64,000 bases of DNA from Candidatus Eiseniibacteriota bacterium (GCA_044222065.1 JBGAOA010000003.1:1-64000), one strand, 5' to 3'. Counted from the stretch's first letter, positions 9,818-19,267 are shown. The notes: generated from the sequence alone by a model not told the origin. Numbers and translations: made by a program.

Positions 9818-10288
9818 ATGCGCCTCTCCGAGCTCCTGAACGTCAACGCCGTCAGCACCCGCCTCAAGGCGCGCTCGAAGCGTGAGGCGCTCGTCGAGCT
9901 CGTCGAGTTGCTCGAATCGGCGCACGGCTTCCGGAGCCAGGGCGAGATCCTCGACCGCGTGATCCGTCGCGAGCAGATGATGACGACCGGGATCGGCAAC
10001 GGCGTCGCGATTCCGCACGGCAAGGCGCGGGCCGTCGAGCGCATGGCCGCCGCGTGCGGCGTCGCGCCGGAGGGCCTCGATTTCGAGAGCGAGGACGGAC
10101 AGCCGGCCTACCTGTTCATTCTGTTCGTCTCGCCCGAGAATGCCGCCACGCAGCACGTCCGCGCGCTCGCGAACATCTCGCGGCTCTTCAAGGAGGAGTC
10201 GGTGCGGAAGTCGCTGCGCGAGTCGCGCTCGCCCCAGGAGTTCCTCGCCGTCCTGCAGCAGGCCGAAGCGGCCTACATCCCGCAGTAG
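9818..10288 (+). CDS. PTS EIIA component, Fru/Ntr type (PtsN-like)
   Basis: RREQMMTTGIGNGVAIPHGK (phospho-His), DFESEDGQP, HVRALANISR. Confidence 0.92.
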   Translation: MRLSELLNVNAVSTRLKARSKREALVELVELLESAHGFRSQGEILDRVIRREQMMTTGIGNGVAIPHGKARAVERMAAACGVAPEGLDFESEDGQPAYLFILFVSPENAATQHVRALANISRLFKEESVRKSLRESRSPQEFLAVLQQAEAAYIPQ

Positions 10289-10342
10289 CCCGCCGCCCCG
10301 CCGGCCGCGCGCCGGCGTCTCCGCTCCGCGCCGGAGGTGTCC

Positions 10343-10999
10343 GTGCATTTCCTCGACACGTGGACCGCGGTTCCCATGGACCGGCTCGCGATCGGGCTCG
10401 GCGTGCTCGGCCTCGCGGTCGCCCCGCTCGTGATCCCGGGCTGGCGCTCCCTTCAGCTCGCCGCGTTCGGACTCGCGCTCGCCTCGTCCGCCCTGCTCGC
10501 CGGACGCGGCGCGTGGGGGCTCGCGCTCGGGTGGTTCGCGTTCTGGGTCCTCGTCGTCGTCGCGCTCGGGCGCGGGCGCCGCCGCGTCGAGCGTTCGGCC
10601 GAAGCGCGCGCCGGCCGCTTCGAGGCCGCGATCGTCGGCCTCGCGCTCGGCGGCGCGTTCCTCGTGCTGCTCGTCACCGGCGTCGCGCGCGAGAACCTCG
10701 CGGCCGGACAAACGCGCGGCGCCACGCTCGCGCTCGCGGTCGCGACCGCGGGCCTGCTGCACCTGCTGCTGCGGCGGCACGCGCTGCGCGCGGCATTCGG
10801 CTTCGCGACGCTCGGCCTCGGCCTGCAGCTCCTCGAACTCGAGGCGCGCGCCGCCGTGTTCGCGAGCGCGCCGCGCTTCGGTCCCACCGTGCTCGTCGGC
10901 ACCGCGCTCGCGACCGCGCTCGCGGTGCGGCTCGCGATCGCGCGCCAGCGCTTCGCCGGGAGCCCGTGGCTCTCGGACGCGCACGCGCTCCACGACTGA
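10343..10999 (+). CDS. Membrane protein, divergent HyfE/NuoK-like
   Basis: Many hydrophobic helices; GLLHLLLRRHAL and C-terminal R.RF.GS..SD...L resemble HyfE/NuoK; GGAGG before GTG 10343. Confidence 0.5.
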   Translation: MHFLDTWTAVPMDRLAIGLGVLGLAVAPLVIPGWRSLQLAAFGLALASSALLAGRGAWGLALGWFAFWVLVVVALGRGRRRVERSAEARAGRFEAAIVGLALGGAFLVLLVTGVARENLAAGQTRGATLALAVATAGLLHLLLRRHALRAAFGFATLGLGLQLLELEARAAVFASAPRFGPTVLVGTALATALAVRLAIARQRFAGSPWLSDAHALHD

Positions 11000-12318
11000 T
11001 GGCGCGCGCACCGCTCGGCGACGTCCGCGTGCTCGGCGCGCTGCTGTGCGCCGGAGGCTTCGCGCTCGCGTGGGCGCCGCGCCTCTGGCAGTCGGCGCTC
11101 GGCCTCGAGTGCGTCGCGACCGCGTTCTGGGTCTGGGCCCGGCACTCGGAGCGGCCCGGCGAGCAGCTGCCGCGCTGGGCGTGGCTGCGGCGTCCGGCTT
11201 CGGCGCTGTGGCTCGCCGCGGCCTGCTCGATCGCGCTCGAACTCGGCGGCTCGCGCTCGTCGGCGCTGTCTTCGGTCTCGAACCCGTTCGGCACGCTGCG
11301 CTGGCTGCAATCGGTCGGGCTCCTGTGGGCGGCGCTCGAACTGCTCGCGGCGCTCCCGCTCGTGCGCTCGTTCGCCGACCTGCCGGGTCCGCTCGACCTC
11401 GCGCGACCCTGGATCCCGTCCGCGCTCCCGGCGGCCGGCTTCGCGGTGCTGTGGCGCCACGCCGACGCGTGGACGTCGTCGCCGGTGATGCGCGAGATCG
11501 CGATCGCGTTGCTCGTCGTGACGGCGTGGCTCGGCTCGCTGCGCGCGTTCAGCCGCCGGCCGTGGGAGCCGACGCTGCGCTGGCTCATCGTGACCGACTG
11601 CGCGATCGCCGCGCTGCTCGTCGCGCTGCGGCTCGTGCACCCGCTCGCGAGCCTGCTGCTGTGGCTCGCGGCGTGGGGCGGCAAGGCGTTCCTGCTCGCG
11701 AGCGAGCTGTCGGGCCGCGGCTCGCGGCGCGGGCCGCTGCTCAGCCGCACGTGGCGGATCTCGAGCCTCGTCACGTCCACGGCGCTCGCGTGGCCGGCGC
11801 TGCTCACGTTCGCGCTCGCGCCGGGCGGCGGGGCGCGCTGGACGCACTTCGTCGCGACCGCGGTGCCGGTCGCGATCGCCGCGAGCGTCACGACGCGCCG
11901 GCTCGTCGAGGTGCCCGAGCGCCGGCAGGTCATGCGGCCGCAGTCGGCGGTCTCGCTCACTCACGTCACCGCGATCGTCCTGCTCGCGCTCGCGCCGCTC
12001 GCGCTCGGCATCGCGTGGTGGGGCGGATTCGAGGCGTCGCTACAGGCGGTCGCGATCGGCGTCGTGCCGACGACGCTCGGCGTGCTGCTCGGCCGGCCGG
12101 GGCCCGAAATGCCGGGCCTCCGGCGCGCGCGAGAGACCGCGCGCGGCCTGTACCGGTTCTTCGTCGACCGCGAGCAGTGGCTCGTCGCCCTGCTGTGGCG
12201 GACGCTGCGCGGACTGAGCGCGCCGCTGCGCGACCTGCACGCGGGGGACGCGCAGGAGTACCTGCTGTTCCTGATCGGCGTCGCGGTGTTCGCGCTGCTG
12301 CTGCCGGTGCTCCAGTGA
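10999..12318 (+). CDS. Membrane protein, divergent NuoL/HyfF antiporter-like
   Basis: TGATG coupling with upstream gene; polytopic; C-terminal LRDLHAGDAQEYLLF resembles the NuoL end. Confidence 0.5.
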   Translation: MARAPLGDVRVLGALLCAGGFALAWAPRLWQSALGLECVATAFWVWARHSERPGEQLPRWAWLRRPASALWLAAACSIALELGGSRSSALSSVSNPFGTLRWLQSVGLLWAALELLAALPLVRSFADLPGPLDLARPWIPSALPAAGFAVLWRHADAWTSSPVMREIAIALLVVTAWLGSLRAFSRRPWEPTLRWLIVTDCAIAALLVALRLVHPLASLLLWLAAWGGKAFLLASELSGRGSRRGPLLSRTWRISSLVTSTALAWPALLTFALAPGGGARWTHFVATAVPVAIAASVTTRRLVEVPERRQVMRPQSAVSLTHVTAIVLLALAPLALGIAWWGGFEASLQAVAIGVVPTTLGVLLGRPGPEMPGLRRARETARGLYRFFVDREQWLVALLWRTLRGLSAPLRDLHAGDAQEYLLFLIGVAVFALLLPVLQ

Positions 12319-13526
12319 GCGGTCCGATCGGCGCCGCGCTCGTGCCGCTCGCCGTGCTCGCGGCGCTCGCCGCCGCGGCGCTCGTGCTGCTCGAGCACGA
12401 CGAGCGGCCCACGCGCTTCGAGACGCTGCTGCCGCTCGCGCCGCTCGCCGTGCTCGGCGGCCTGCTCGTGTTCTCGCCGCGCGCCTCGGCGGGCGTCGGC
12501 GTGCTCACGCCCGCGCTCGTCGTCGCGCTGCTCGCGCGCTGGCGCCGCGATGCGCTCCAGACCGAGTGCGCGCTCAAGCTGCTCTGGACGAGCGGCGTCG
12601 CCGTCGCGATCTCGTGGGCCGGCGTGCAGCTGCTCGCGCTCGCGACCGCGACGCCCGTCACGGGCGAGCGCTGGACCGTCCTCGCGCTCGGACTCGGCTC
12701 GCGGCTGCTGTGGAGCGACGCGCTCGCGCTCGCGCTCGTCGCCGGCGTCGTGCTGCTCGGCACCGCGCCGTTCCACTTCTGGGTCGCCGACCTGTTCCAC
12801 GGCGCGCGCGCGTGGGTCGCGCCGATGGCGGTCGCGACGCTGCAGGCGGCCGGGCTCGTGTGGCTCGCGCGCGAGACCGCGGGCATCGCGGCGTTCGAGG
12901 ACGGTCACCGCTTCGCCTCGGACGCGCTGTCCATCGCGGCCGGCACGTCGCTCGTCGCGGGAGCGCTCACGCTGCTGTGGCAGAAGCGGCCCGAGCGCCG
13001 CGTCGGCACGCTCGCGAGCCTGCAGGGAGCGCTCGCGCTGACGTGGTTCGCGAGCGGTTCGCTCGGCGAGGAGCCCGCGAGCCTCGCGCCGTTCCTCGGC
13101 ACGTGGTCCGCGCACGCCGTGCTCGCGCTCTCGGGCGCGGGGCTGCTCGCGCGCCACCTGCCCGTGACCGCGCGGCCCTCCGATCCGCCGCCGGTGCTGT
13201 TCCGGCGCCATCCGGTCGCGGGCGTGTCGGGGCTCTACGCGCTCGCCTCGCTCGCGGGCGTTCCGGGGACGCCGGGCGCGTTCCTGTGGCTCGAAGCGGG
13301 GCGCGAGGCCGCGGCCGCGAACCACGGCTGGCTCGTGCTCGGCGTCGCGATCGCGTGGCTCGCCGCGACCGGCGTCGCCGTGCAACTCGCGCGCGAGGCG
13401 TTCGGCGTCGCGGTTCGCACGCCGCCGCCCGCGAGCGCGGTGCCCGTGCGGCTGCGCGCGGCGCTCGGCGTCTCGGGTGCCGGACTGCTCGCACTCGTGG
13501 CCGCGCGCGTCGTGCTGCGCGGCTGA
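12315..13526 (+). CDS. NuoN/MrpD-like membrane subunit, degenerate
   Basis: GTGA overlap; ECALKLL, APFHFWVADLFHGA, SLAGVPGTPG. Confidence 0.75.
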   Translation: MSGPIGAALVPLAVLAALAAAALVLLEHDERPTRFETLLPLAPLAVLGGLLVFSPRASAGVGVLTPALVVALLARWRRDALQTECALKLLWTSGVAVAISWAGVQLLALATATPVTGERWTVLALGLGSRLLWSDALALALVAGVVLLGTAPFHFWVADLFHGARAWVAPMAVATLQAAGLVWLARETAGIAAFEDGHRFASDALSIAAGTSLVAGALTLLWQKRPERRVGTLASLQGALALTWFASGSLGEEPASLAPFLGTWSAHAVLALSGAGLLARHLPVTARPSDPPPVLFRRHPVAGVSGLYALASLAGVPGTPGAFLWLEAGREAAAANHGWLVLGVAIAWLAATGVAVQLAREAFGVAVRTPPPASAVPVRLRAALGVSGAGLLALVAARVVLRG

Positions 13527-13629
13527 TCGCCCGACGACTTCGCCCGGACCGCTGCCGCTGCCGGCGCTTCCGGCGGGGCCCTGCGACTTCGCCCGCCCCG
13601 GAGGCCGGGACGGGCGATCGCGAGAGAGA

Positions 13630-13705
<76 letters not shown>

Positions 13706-13744
13706 AGCGCGGCGCGAGAGGGTCGCGCGCGAAATGCGGGCGGT

Positions 13745-13773
13745 AATCTACGGTCCGGCCCGCGCAGCGTCAA
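13745..13773 (-). promoter_or_regulatory. sigma70 promoter of the tRNA gene
   Basis: Minus strand TTGACG-N17-TAGATT about 40 nt upstream of the tRNA. Confidence 0.7.
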
Positions 13774-14066
13774 GCGAGCGCGCGCGCGTCGCGGCGTCGC
13801 GCACGCGCCGGGCGCGAACGCTCCACGGCGTGCGCGCACGCGTGATATCCTGCGCGACCTTCTCGACCACCACAGGGCTTCCGGGCTCCGTCGAGGCTCC
13901 GTCCGGGAGGTCCGAAGGCGAGGCGCGAGGACGCACGACCCCCGCGTCGTGCGGGTGATCCGGAGCCGGTTCGGCCCGGGCATCCGGCGGCGGGAGCGAC
14001 CGAGCGAGCCCGCATTCGGAGTTTCCGCGCGGAGCCGCGTACGAAGGAAGCGCACCCGGAGGAGAA

Positions 14067-14459
14067 TTGGCCCCGACCGCAGCACCATCGCACGCCCCGC
14101 GGACGTTCGTCCGCTACTGGCTCCCGGTGGCCGCGTACGTCGGGGTGATCCTCACCCTGAGCGCGCAACCGAACCTCAAGCCCCCGGTCGAGTTCTTCAA
14201 CGCCGACAAGGTCGCGCACATCCTCGAGTACGGCGGTCTCGGCGTGCTGCTCGCACGCGCGAGCCGCGCGCAGTTCCGCCAGCGCTTCGCGTTCCGGGCC
14301 GCCCTGCTCGCGCTCGCGATCGGCGCCGCGGTGGCCGCGGGGGACGAAGTGTTCCAGAGCTTCATCCCGGGCCGTGACTCGAGCGTGTTCGACTGGACGG
14401 CGGACACCATCGGACTGCTGCTCGCGCAGATCGCCTACCTGATCTTCGCGCGCGACTGA
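14067..14459 (+). CDS. VanZ-like membrane protein
   Basis: DKVAHILEY, DEVFQSFIPGRDSSVFDWTAD; GGAGGAG RBS before TTG. Confidence 0.88.
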   Translation: MAPTAAPSHAPRTFVRYWLPVAAYVGVILTLSAQPNLKPPVEFFNADKVAHILEYGGLGVLLARASRAQFRQRFAFRAALLALAIGAAVAAGDEVFQSFIPGRDSSVFDWTADTIGLLLAQIAYLIFARD

Positions 14460-14479
14460 CCGTCCAACGAGGCCGACGC

Positions 14480-15772
14480 ATGGCGCTGAAACACCAGGCT
14501 CCCCGCGGAACCCGCGACCTGCTGCCCGAAGACACGGCGCGCTGGCAGTGGGCGGAGGCGCGCGCGCGCACCGTGCTCGCCCGCTACGGCTACGGCGAGG
14601 TGCGCACGCCGGTCTTCGAGGACTTCGAACTGTTCGCGCGCACGAGCGGCGAATCGAGCGACGTCGTCCAGAAGGAGATGTACCGCTTTCGCGACCTCGG
14701 CGATCGCGAGCTCGCGCTGCGGCCCGAGTTCACGGCCGGCGTCATGCGCGCGTACCTCGAGCACGGACTCGGCGGCCGCACGCGCATCCACCGCCTGTGG
14801 AGCACGGGCCCCGTGTTCCGCTACGGCCGTCCGCAGAAGGGACGCTACCGCCAGTTCTTCCAGATCAACGCCGAGCTGGTCGGCTCGCCCGCGCCGGGCG
14901 CCGACGTCGAGGCGATCGCGCTGTTCGTGGACCTGTACGCCGCGTGGGGCTTCGAGAACCTGACGGTGCTCGTGAACAGCGTCGGCCAGCCCGCGTCGCG
15001 GCGCACGTACGGGGAACGCATGCGCGCCGCGCTCGCGCCGCACGCCGACCGACTCAGCGAGGACTCGCGGAAGCGGCTCGAGCAGAATCCGCTGCGCGTG
15101 CTCGACACGAAGGACGAGGGCGACCTCGCCGTGCTCGCGCAGATCGGCGACCGACTGCCGCGCATGCTCGACGTCGTGGACGAGGCCGATCACGCGCACT
15201 GGCTCGAGGTGCTCGCCGGGCTCGACGCGCTCGGCATCCGCTACGAGGTGGACCACGGGCTCGTGCGCGGCCTCGACTACTACACGCGCACCGCGTTCGA
15301 AGTGCACGACCGCTCGCTCGGCGCGCAGAGCGCGCTCGGCGGCGGCGGGCGATACGACGGCCTGATCGAGCAGCTCGGCGGCCCGCCGACGCCCGGCGTC
15401 GGCTTCGCGATCGGCCTCGACCGCGCGATGCTCGTGCTCGAGGAGCGCGGCGCGCCCGTGCCGGCCGAAGCGCTGCTCTACGTCGTCTCGATGGAGAAGA
15501 CGCGTGCGGCGGCCGCGGCGTTCGCCCGCGACCTGCGGCGCGACTTCGCGGTCGAGATGGACGTCGAGGCGCGCGGGTTCGGCGCGCAGATGAAAGCGGC
15601 GGGGAAGAGCGGCGCACGGCTCGCGCTGATCCTCGGCGAGGACGAGTGGGCCCGCGACGAGGTCACGCTGCGCGACCTCGCGCGCGGGGAGCAGATGACG
15701 ATTCCGAAGGCGAAAGCCCGCGCGGCGATCGCGCAGCGACTCCACACGCAGAGCGGGAGCGACGTTCGATGA
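14480..15772 (+). CDS. hisS: Histidine--tRNA ligase
   Basis: PRGTRD, LRPEFTA, FRYGRPQKGRYRQF, LVRGLDYY, GGGRYDGL, GFAIGLDR. Confidence 0.97.
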   Translation: MALKHQAPRGTRDLLPEDTARWQWAEARARTVLARYGYGEVRTPVFEDFELFARTSGESSDVVQKEMYRFRDLGDRELALRPEFTAGVMRAYLEHGLGGRTRIHRLWSTGPVFRYGRPQKGRYRQFFQINAELVGSPAPGADVEAIALFVDLYAAWGFENLTVLVNSVGQPASRRTYGERMRAALAPHADRLSEDSRKRLEQNPLRVLDTKDEGDLAVLAQIGDRLPRMLDVVDEADHAHWLEVLAGLDALGIRYEVDHGLVRGLDYYTRTAFEVHDRSLGAQSALGGGGRYDGLIEQLGGPPTPGVGFAIGLDRAMLVLEERGAPVPAEALLYVVSMEKTRAAAAAFARDLRRDFAVEMDVEARGFGAQMKAAGKSGARLALILGEDEWARDEVTLRDLARGEQMTIPKAKARAAIAQRLHTQSGSDVR

Positions 15773-17598
15773 GCACGGAAAGCGGTCTCACCCTCGAGGG
15801 CATCGGCGACTGGCGGCGGACCCACACGTGCGGGGCGCTGCGCGCGTCGGACGCGAACGCGAGCGCCACGCTGATGGGCTGGGTGCACCGCTCGCGCGAC
15901 CACGGCGGCGTGCTGTTCGTGGACCTGCGCGACCGCTACGGCCTGACGCAGGTCGTCTTCCACCCCGAGACCGGAGGTCGCGAGCTGCTCGACCGCGCGA
16001 GCCGCTGCGGGAACGAGTTCGTGATCGCCGTGCGCGGCGTCGTCTCGAAGCGGCCGCCCGAGAGCCTGAACCCCGACCTCGCGACCGGCGAGGTCGAAGT
16101 GGACGTGCGCGAGCTGAAAGTCCTCTCGGCCGCGGACCCGCTGCCGTTCCAGGTCAACGAGGAGATGCACCTCGCGAACGAGGACCTGCGGCTGCGCTAC
16201 CGGTTCCTCGATCTGCGCCGTCCCGAGCTGGCGGCGGTGCTCGCGCTGCGTCACCGCGCGGCGATGACGGCGCGGAACCACCTCGCGAGCCAGGACTTCC
16301 TCGAGATCGAAACGCCGATCCTCGTGAAGCCGACGCCGGAGGGCGCGCGCGACTACGTCGTGCCGAGCCGCGTCCACCCCGGGAAGTTCTACGCGCTGCC
16401 GCAGAGCCCGCAGCTCTACAAGCAGACGCTGATGATCAGCGGCATGGACCGCTACTTCCAGATCGCACGGTGTCTCCGCGACGAGGATCTGCGCGCCGAC
16501 CGTCAGCCCGAGCACACGCAGCTCGACCTCGAGATGAGCTTCGTCACCGAGGACGACGTGTTCACGGCCGTCGAGGGCGTGATGAAGGCGGTGTGGAAGG
16601 AGTGCCTCGGCGTGGAGCTCGCGACGCCGTTCCCGCGCCTGACGTTTCACGAGGCGATGCGGCGCTTCGGCAGCGACAAGCCCGACCTGCGATTCGGACT
16701 CGAATTCACGGACACGACCGCGATCCACGCGCGCTCGCCGCGCAACGTCATCGCGAACGGCGCCAAGGCCGAGGGCGGCTGCGGCGTCGCGCTGCGCATC
16801 CCCGGCGGCGCCGAGATCAGCGGCACGCAGCTTCGGAAGTTCGAGGACGTCGTGAAGGCCGCGGGCGCCGGCGGACTGTCGTTCTTCAAGGTCGTCGCGG
16901 CCGAGCGCGAGAAGCAGCAGGTGATCTTCCCGGGCGCGCTCTTGGACGAGTTCTTCGCCGCGACGCAGGCCGTCGAGGGCGACGCCGTCGTGTTCACGAG
17001 CGGTCCGTGGGAGCGCACGCTCAAGGCGCTCGGCGTGCTGCGCACGCAGCTCGGGCAGGACGTGCTGAAGAAGGACGGCGTGCGGAAGGACGCCTCGCTG
17101 CCGCACCCCGAGTGGCGCTTCCTGTGGGTGCGCGAGTTCCCGCTGTTCGAGTGGAACCCGGACCGCAAGGGCTGGGATGCGCGCCACCACATGTTCACGA
17201 TGCCGAACCCCGAGGCGCTCGAGTACCTGGAGACGCGCCCCGGCGACGTGAACGCGCAGCTCTACGACCTCGTGCTGAACGGCAACGAACTCGGCTCGGG
17301 CTCGATCCGCATCCACCGGCCCGACATCCAGGAGCGCGTGATGAAGGTCGTCGGGTTCTCGGCCGAGGAGCTGCACGCGAAGTTCGGCTTCCTGATCGAC
17401 GCCTACCGCTACGCCTCGCCGCCGCACGGCGGCATCGGCATGGGGCTCGACCGCATCGTCATGCTGCTCGCGGGCCGCGACTCGATCCGCGACACGATCG
17501 CGTTCCCGAAGAGCGCGAGCGCCGCGTCCCTCATGGACGGAGCGCCGAGCGAGGTGGACGACGCGACGATGAAGGAGCTGGGGATCAGGGTGGTGTAG
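15769..17598 (+). CDS. aspS: Aspartate--tRNA ligase (probably non-discriminating Asp/Asn)
   Basis: RTHTCG, RDHGG, TPEGARDY, YALPQSPQ, RDEDLRADRQPE, PPHGGIGMGLDR; ATGA overlap with hisS. Confidence 0.97.
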   Translation: MSTESGLTLEGIGDWRRTHTCGALRASDANASATLMGWVHRSRDHGGVLFVDLRDRYGLTQVVFHPETGGRELLDRASRCGNEFVIAVRGVVSKRPPESLNPDLATGEVEVDVRELKVLSAADPLPFQVNEEMHLANEDLRLRYRFLDLRRPELAAVLALRHRAAMTARNHLASQDFLEIETPILVKPTPEGARDYVVPSRVHPGKFYALPQSPQLYKQTLMISGMDRYFQIARCLRDEDLRADRQPEHTQLDLEMSFVTEDDVFTAVEGVMKAVWKECLGVELATPFPRLTFHEAMRRFGSDKPDLRFGLEFTDTTAIHARSPRNVIANGAKAEGGCGVALRIPGGAEISGTQLRKFEDVVKAAGAGGLSFFKVVAAEREKQQVIFPGALLDEFFAATQAVEGDAVVFTSGPWERTLKALGVLRTQLGQDVLKKDGVRKDASLPHPEWRFLWVREFPLFEWNPDRKGWDARHHMFTMPNPEALEYLETRPGDVNAQLYDLVLNGNELGSGSIRIHRPDIQERVMKVVGFSAEELHAKFGFLIDAYRYASPPHGGIGMGLDRIVMLLAGRDSIRDTIAFPKSASAASLMDGAPSEVDDATMKELGIRVV

Positions 17599-18603
17599 GT
17601 GGAGCCTCACGACGGAGTCCGGCTCTTCGAGCGCTCGTGCATCTCGGTCCGGATTCAGGGCGATGCGCCGCGCAACTTCTCGGAGTCATTGAGTCACCGA
17701 GGCTGGACGATCTGCTCGACACCTCCCTTCGAGATCGGCGAGCCTTGGAGGAAGTGGCAGGGTGAGGTCGCAATCGAGCATTTCAGCCAGGCGAAGCTCT
17801 TCCTGCTCTCCGAGACCCAAAGCGAGCTTGCTTTCGACATTGGGACGGTAGAAGCGGGTCGGGCTGAACGTGACGTCTGGCGACTGCTGCACTCCGTCTT
17901 GCTTCAGGGCATCCCGCCAACCAATGGGGCCCAACACGTCTCGGACAGCGCCATCAATCAACCGCTGACTCGCCCCGAGGTCCGAGGCGCGTTCCAACTG
18001 TTCCCGACGATTCCATGGTGGCCGGGGCCCGTCGGGGACGAGGTGGCGCGGCGTGCGCTCGCCCTCGCCGAGGCATTTCTGCCCTTGGACGCTACCGCGG
18101 ACTCCTTCGTGAGACTGAAGAAGGGAATCGCGGCCTGGATGCGCGGCGTCCAGATGAGCAGCGGCGACGATCGACTGCATCAATTCGTTCGTGCCTTGGA
18201 TGCGCTCTGTTTCACTTCGCCGGGGAACGGGAAGAAGGAACTGCGCGAGAGACTGCAGCGCGTCACCTCCGGACTGAGCGGCAGCGAACTTGGCGAGCTG
18301 TACGATCTTCGCTCCCAAGTCGAGCACTTGAACGAGATCTCGCCGAAGGTGCCACACGAGAGAATCAAGGACATCGAGAGGCTCGGCACGTTCCGTATCT
18401 TCCAGGCGGAACGCCTCGCAGCCGAGCTCTTCATGCGCGTGCTGAAACGTGAGTCGCTGCGATGTCACTTCGAGTCGGACGACTCAATCCGGAAGCTGTG
18501 GCAATTGCCAAACACTGAGCTCCTCGAGCTCTGGGGTGACAGGATCGACCTGGGGGATGTTCTGGAGCGGTCCTTCTTCGGCGAGCCCGGCGTTCTCGAG
18601 TGA
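17599..18603 (+). CDS. Hypothetical protein with putative C-terminal HEPN (ApeA-like) domain
   Basis: Visibly lower GC and more A/T third positions than its neighbours; DRLHQFVRALD...LYDLRSQVEH (Rx4H). Confidence 0.6.
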   Translation: MEPHDGVRLFERSCISVRIQGDAPRNFSESLSHRGWTICSTPPFEIGEPWRKWQGEVAIEHFSQAKLFLLSETQSELAFDIGTVEAGRAERDVWRLLHSVLLQGIPPTNGAQHVSDSAINQPLTRPEVRGAFQLFPTIPWWPGPVGDEVARRALALAEAFLPLDATADSFVRLKKGIAAWMRGVQMSSGDDRLHQFVRALDALCFTSPGNGKKELRERLQRVTSGLSGSELGELYDLRSQVEHLNEISPKVPHERIKDIERLGTFRIFQAERLAAELFMRVLKRESLRCHFESDDSIRKLWQLPNTELLELWGDRIDLGDVLERSFFGEPGVLE

Positions 18604-18667
18604 AGGCGCCGAGGCGGACCGGGTGGTCCGCCCTGGATCCGAGGCCGAGTCGCACTCGGGTTCCTTC

Positions 18668-18696
18668 TTGGCACCGGCATTTCCGCCCTGCATACT
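18668..18696 (+). promoter_or_regulatory. sigma70-type promoter for hicBA, near-leaderless
   Basis: TTGGCA-N17-CATACT, 10 nt before ATG 18707, no SD. Confidence 0.5.
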
Positions 18697-18706
18697 CCCG
18701 CCCATC

Positions 18707-18913
18707 ATGATCTTTCGAATCGAGACCGAGCGCGAAGAGGACGGACGCTGGATCGCCGAGGTGCTGGAGATCCCGGGCGCGCTCGCGTATGGACCCACGC
18801 TGGATGAAGCCGTCGCCCGCGCGAAGGCCATCGCGCTGCGCACCGTCGCCGAGCGCCTCGAACACGGTGAAGTCGGCCCCGAATTCACGGAGATCGCCTT
18901 CCGAGCGGCATGA
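18707..18913 (+). CDS. hicB: HicB-family antitoxin (short, no DNA-binding domain evident)
   Basis: EREEDGRWIAEVLEIPGALAYGPTLDEAVARA. Confidence 0.88.
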   Translation: MIFRIETEREEDGRWIAEVLEIPGALAYGPTLDEAVARAKAIALRTVAERLEHGEVGPEFTEIAFRAA

Positions 18914-19122
18914 CTCACTGGCCCAGTACCCGGGCCCCCCGAGTTCTCGCAGCGCTCGTGCGCATCGGCTGGAACGTCGTTCGACAGTCCGGATCGCATC
19001 GAACGCTCCGTCGTGCCGGCTGGCAGGACTTCGTCTTCGCCTTTCACGATCGCGAGGAGATCGGTCCGCGGATGCTCGCCCGCATCGCGAAGCGAACGGG
19101 ACTGTCGCCCGAGGACCTGTGA
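18910..19122 (+). CDS. hicA: HicA-family mRNA interferase toxin
   Basis: GWNVVRQSGSH, FHDREEIGPRMLARI; ATGA overlap. Confidence 0.9.
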   Translation: MTHWPSTRAPRVLAALVRIGWNVVRQSGSHRTLRRAGWQDFVFAFHDREEIGPRMLARIAKRTGLSPEDL

Positions 19123-19267
19123 TCGCGAAGATGCCCGGACCGTCGCCCGGCTGTGCATTCACTGCGCTCGACGCATCGCAACCAACCCTGGCGCGCGATC
19201 GGTCGTCCGGCGTGTCGAGCATCACGCGGAACCCCAAGCCTTTCGGACACGATCGAGGAGTCATCCC

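Noticed and set aside
13842..14479. T-box, SRP RNA or known riboswitch upstream of hisS-aspS
   Set aside because: No T-box TGGNACCGCG, SRP helix-8 or recognisable riboswitch consensus; kept only as an unassigned structured candidate.
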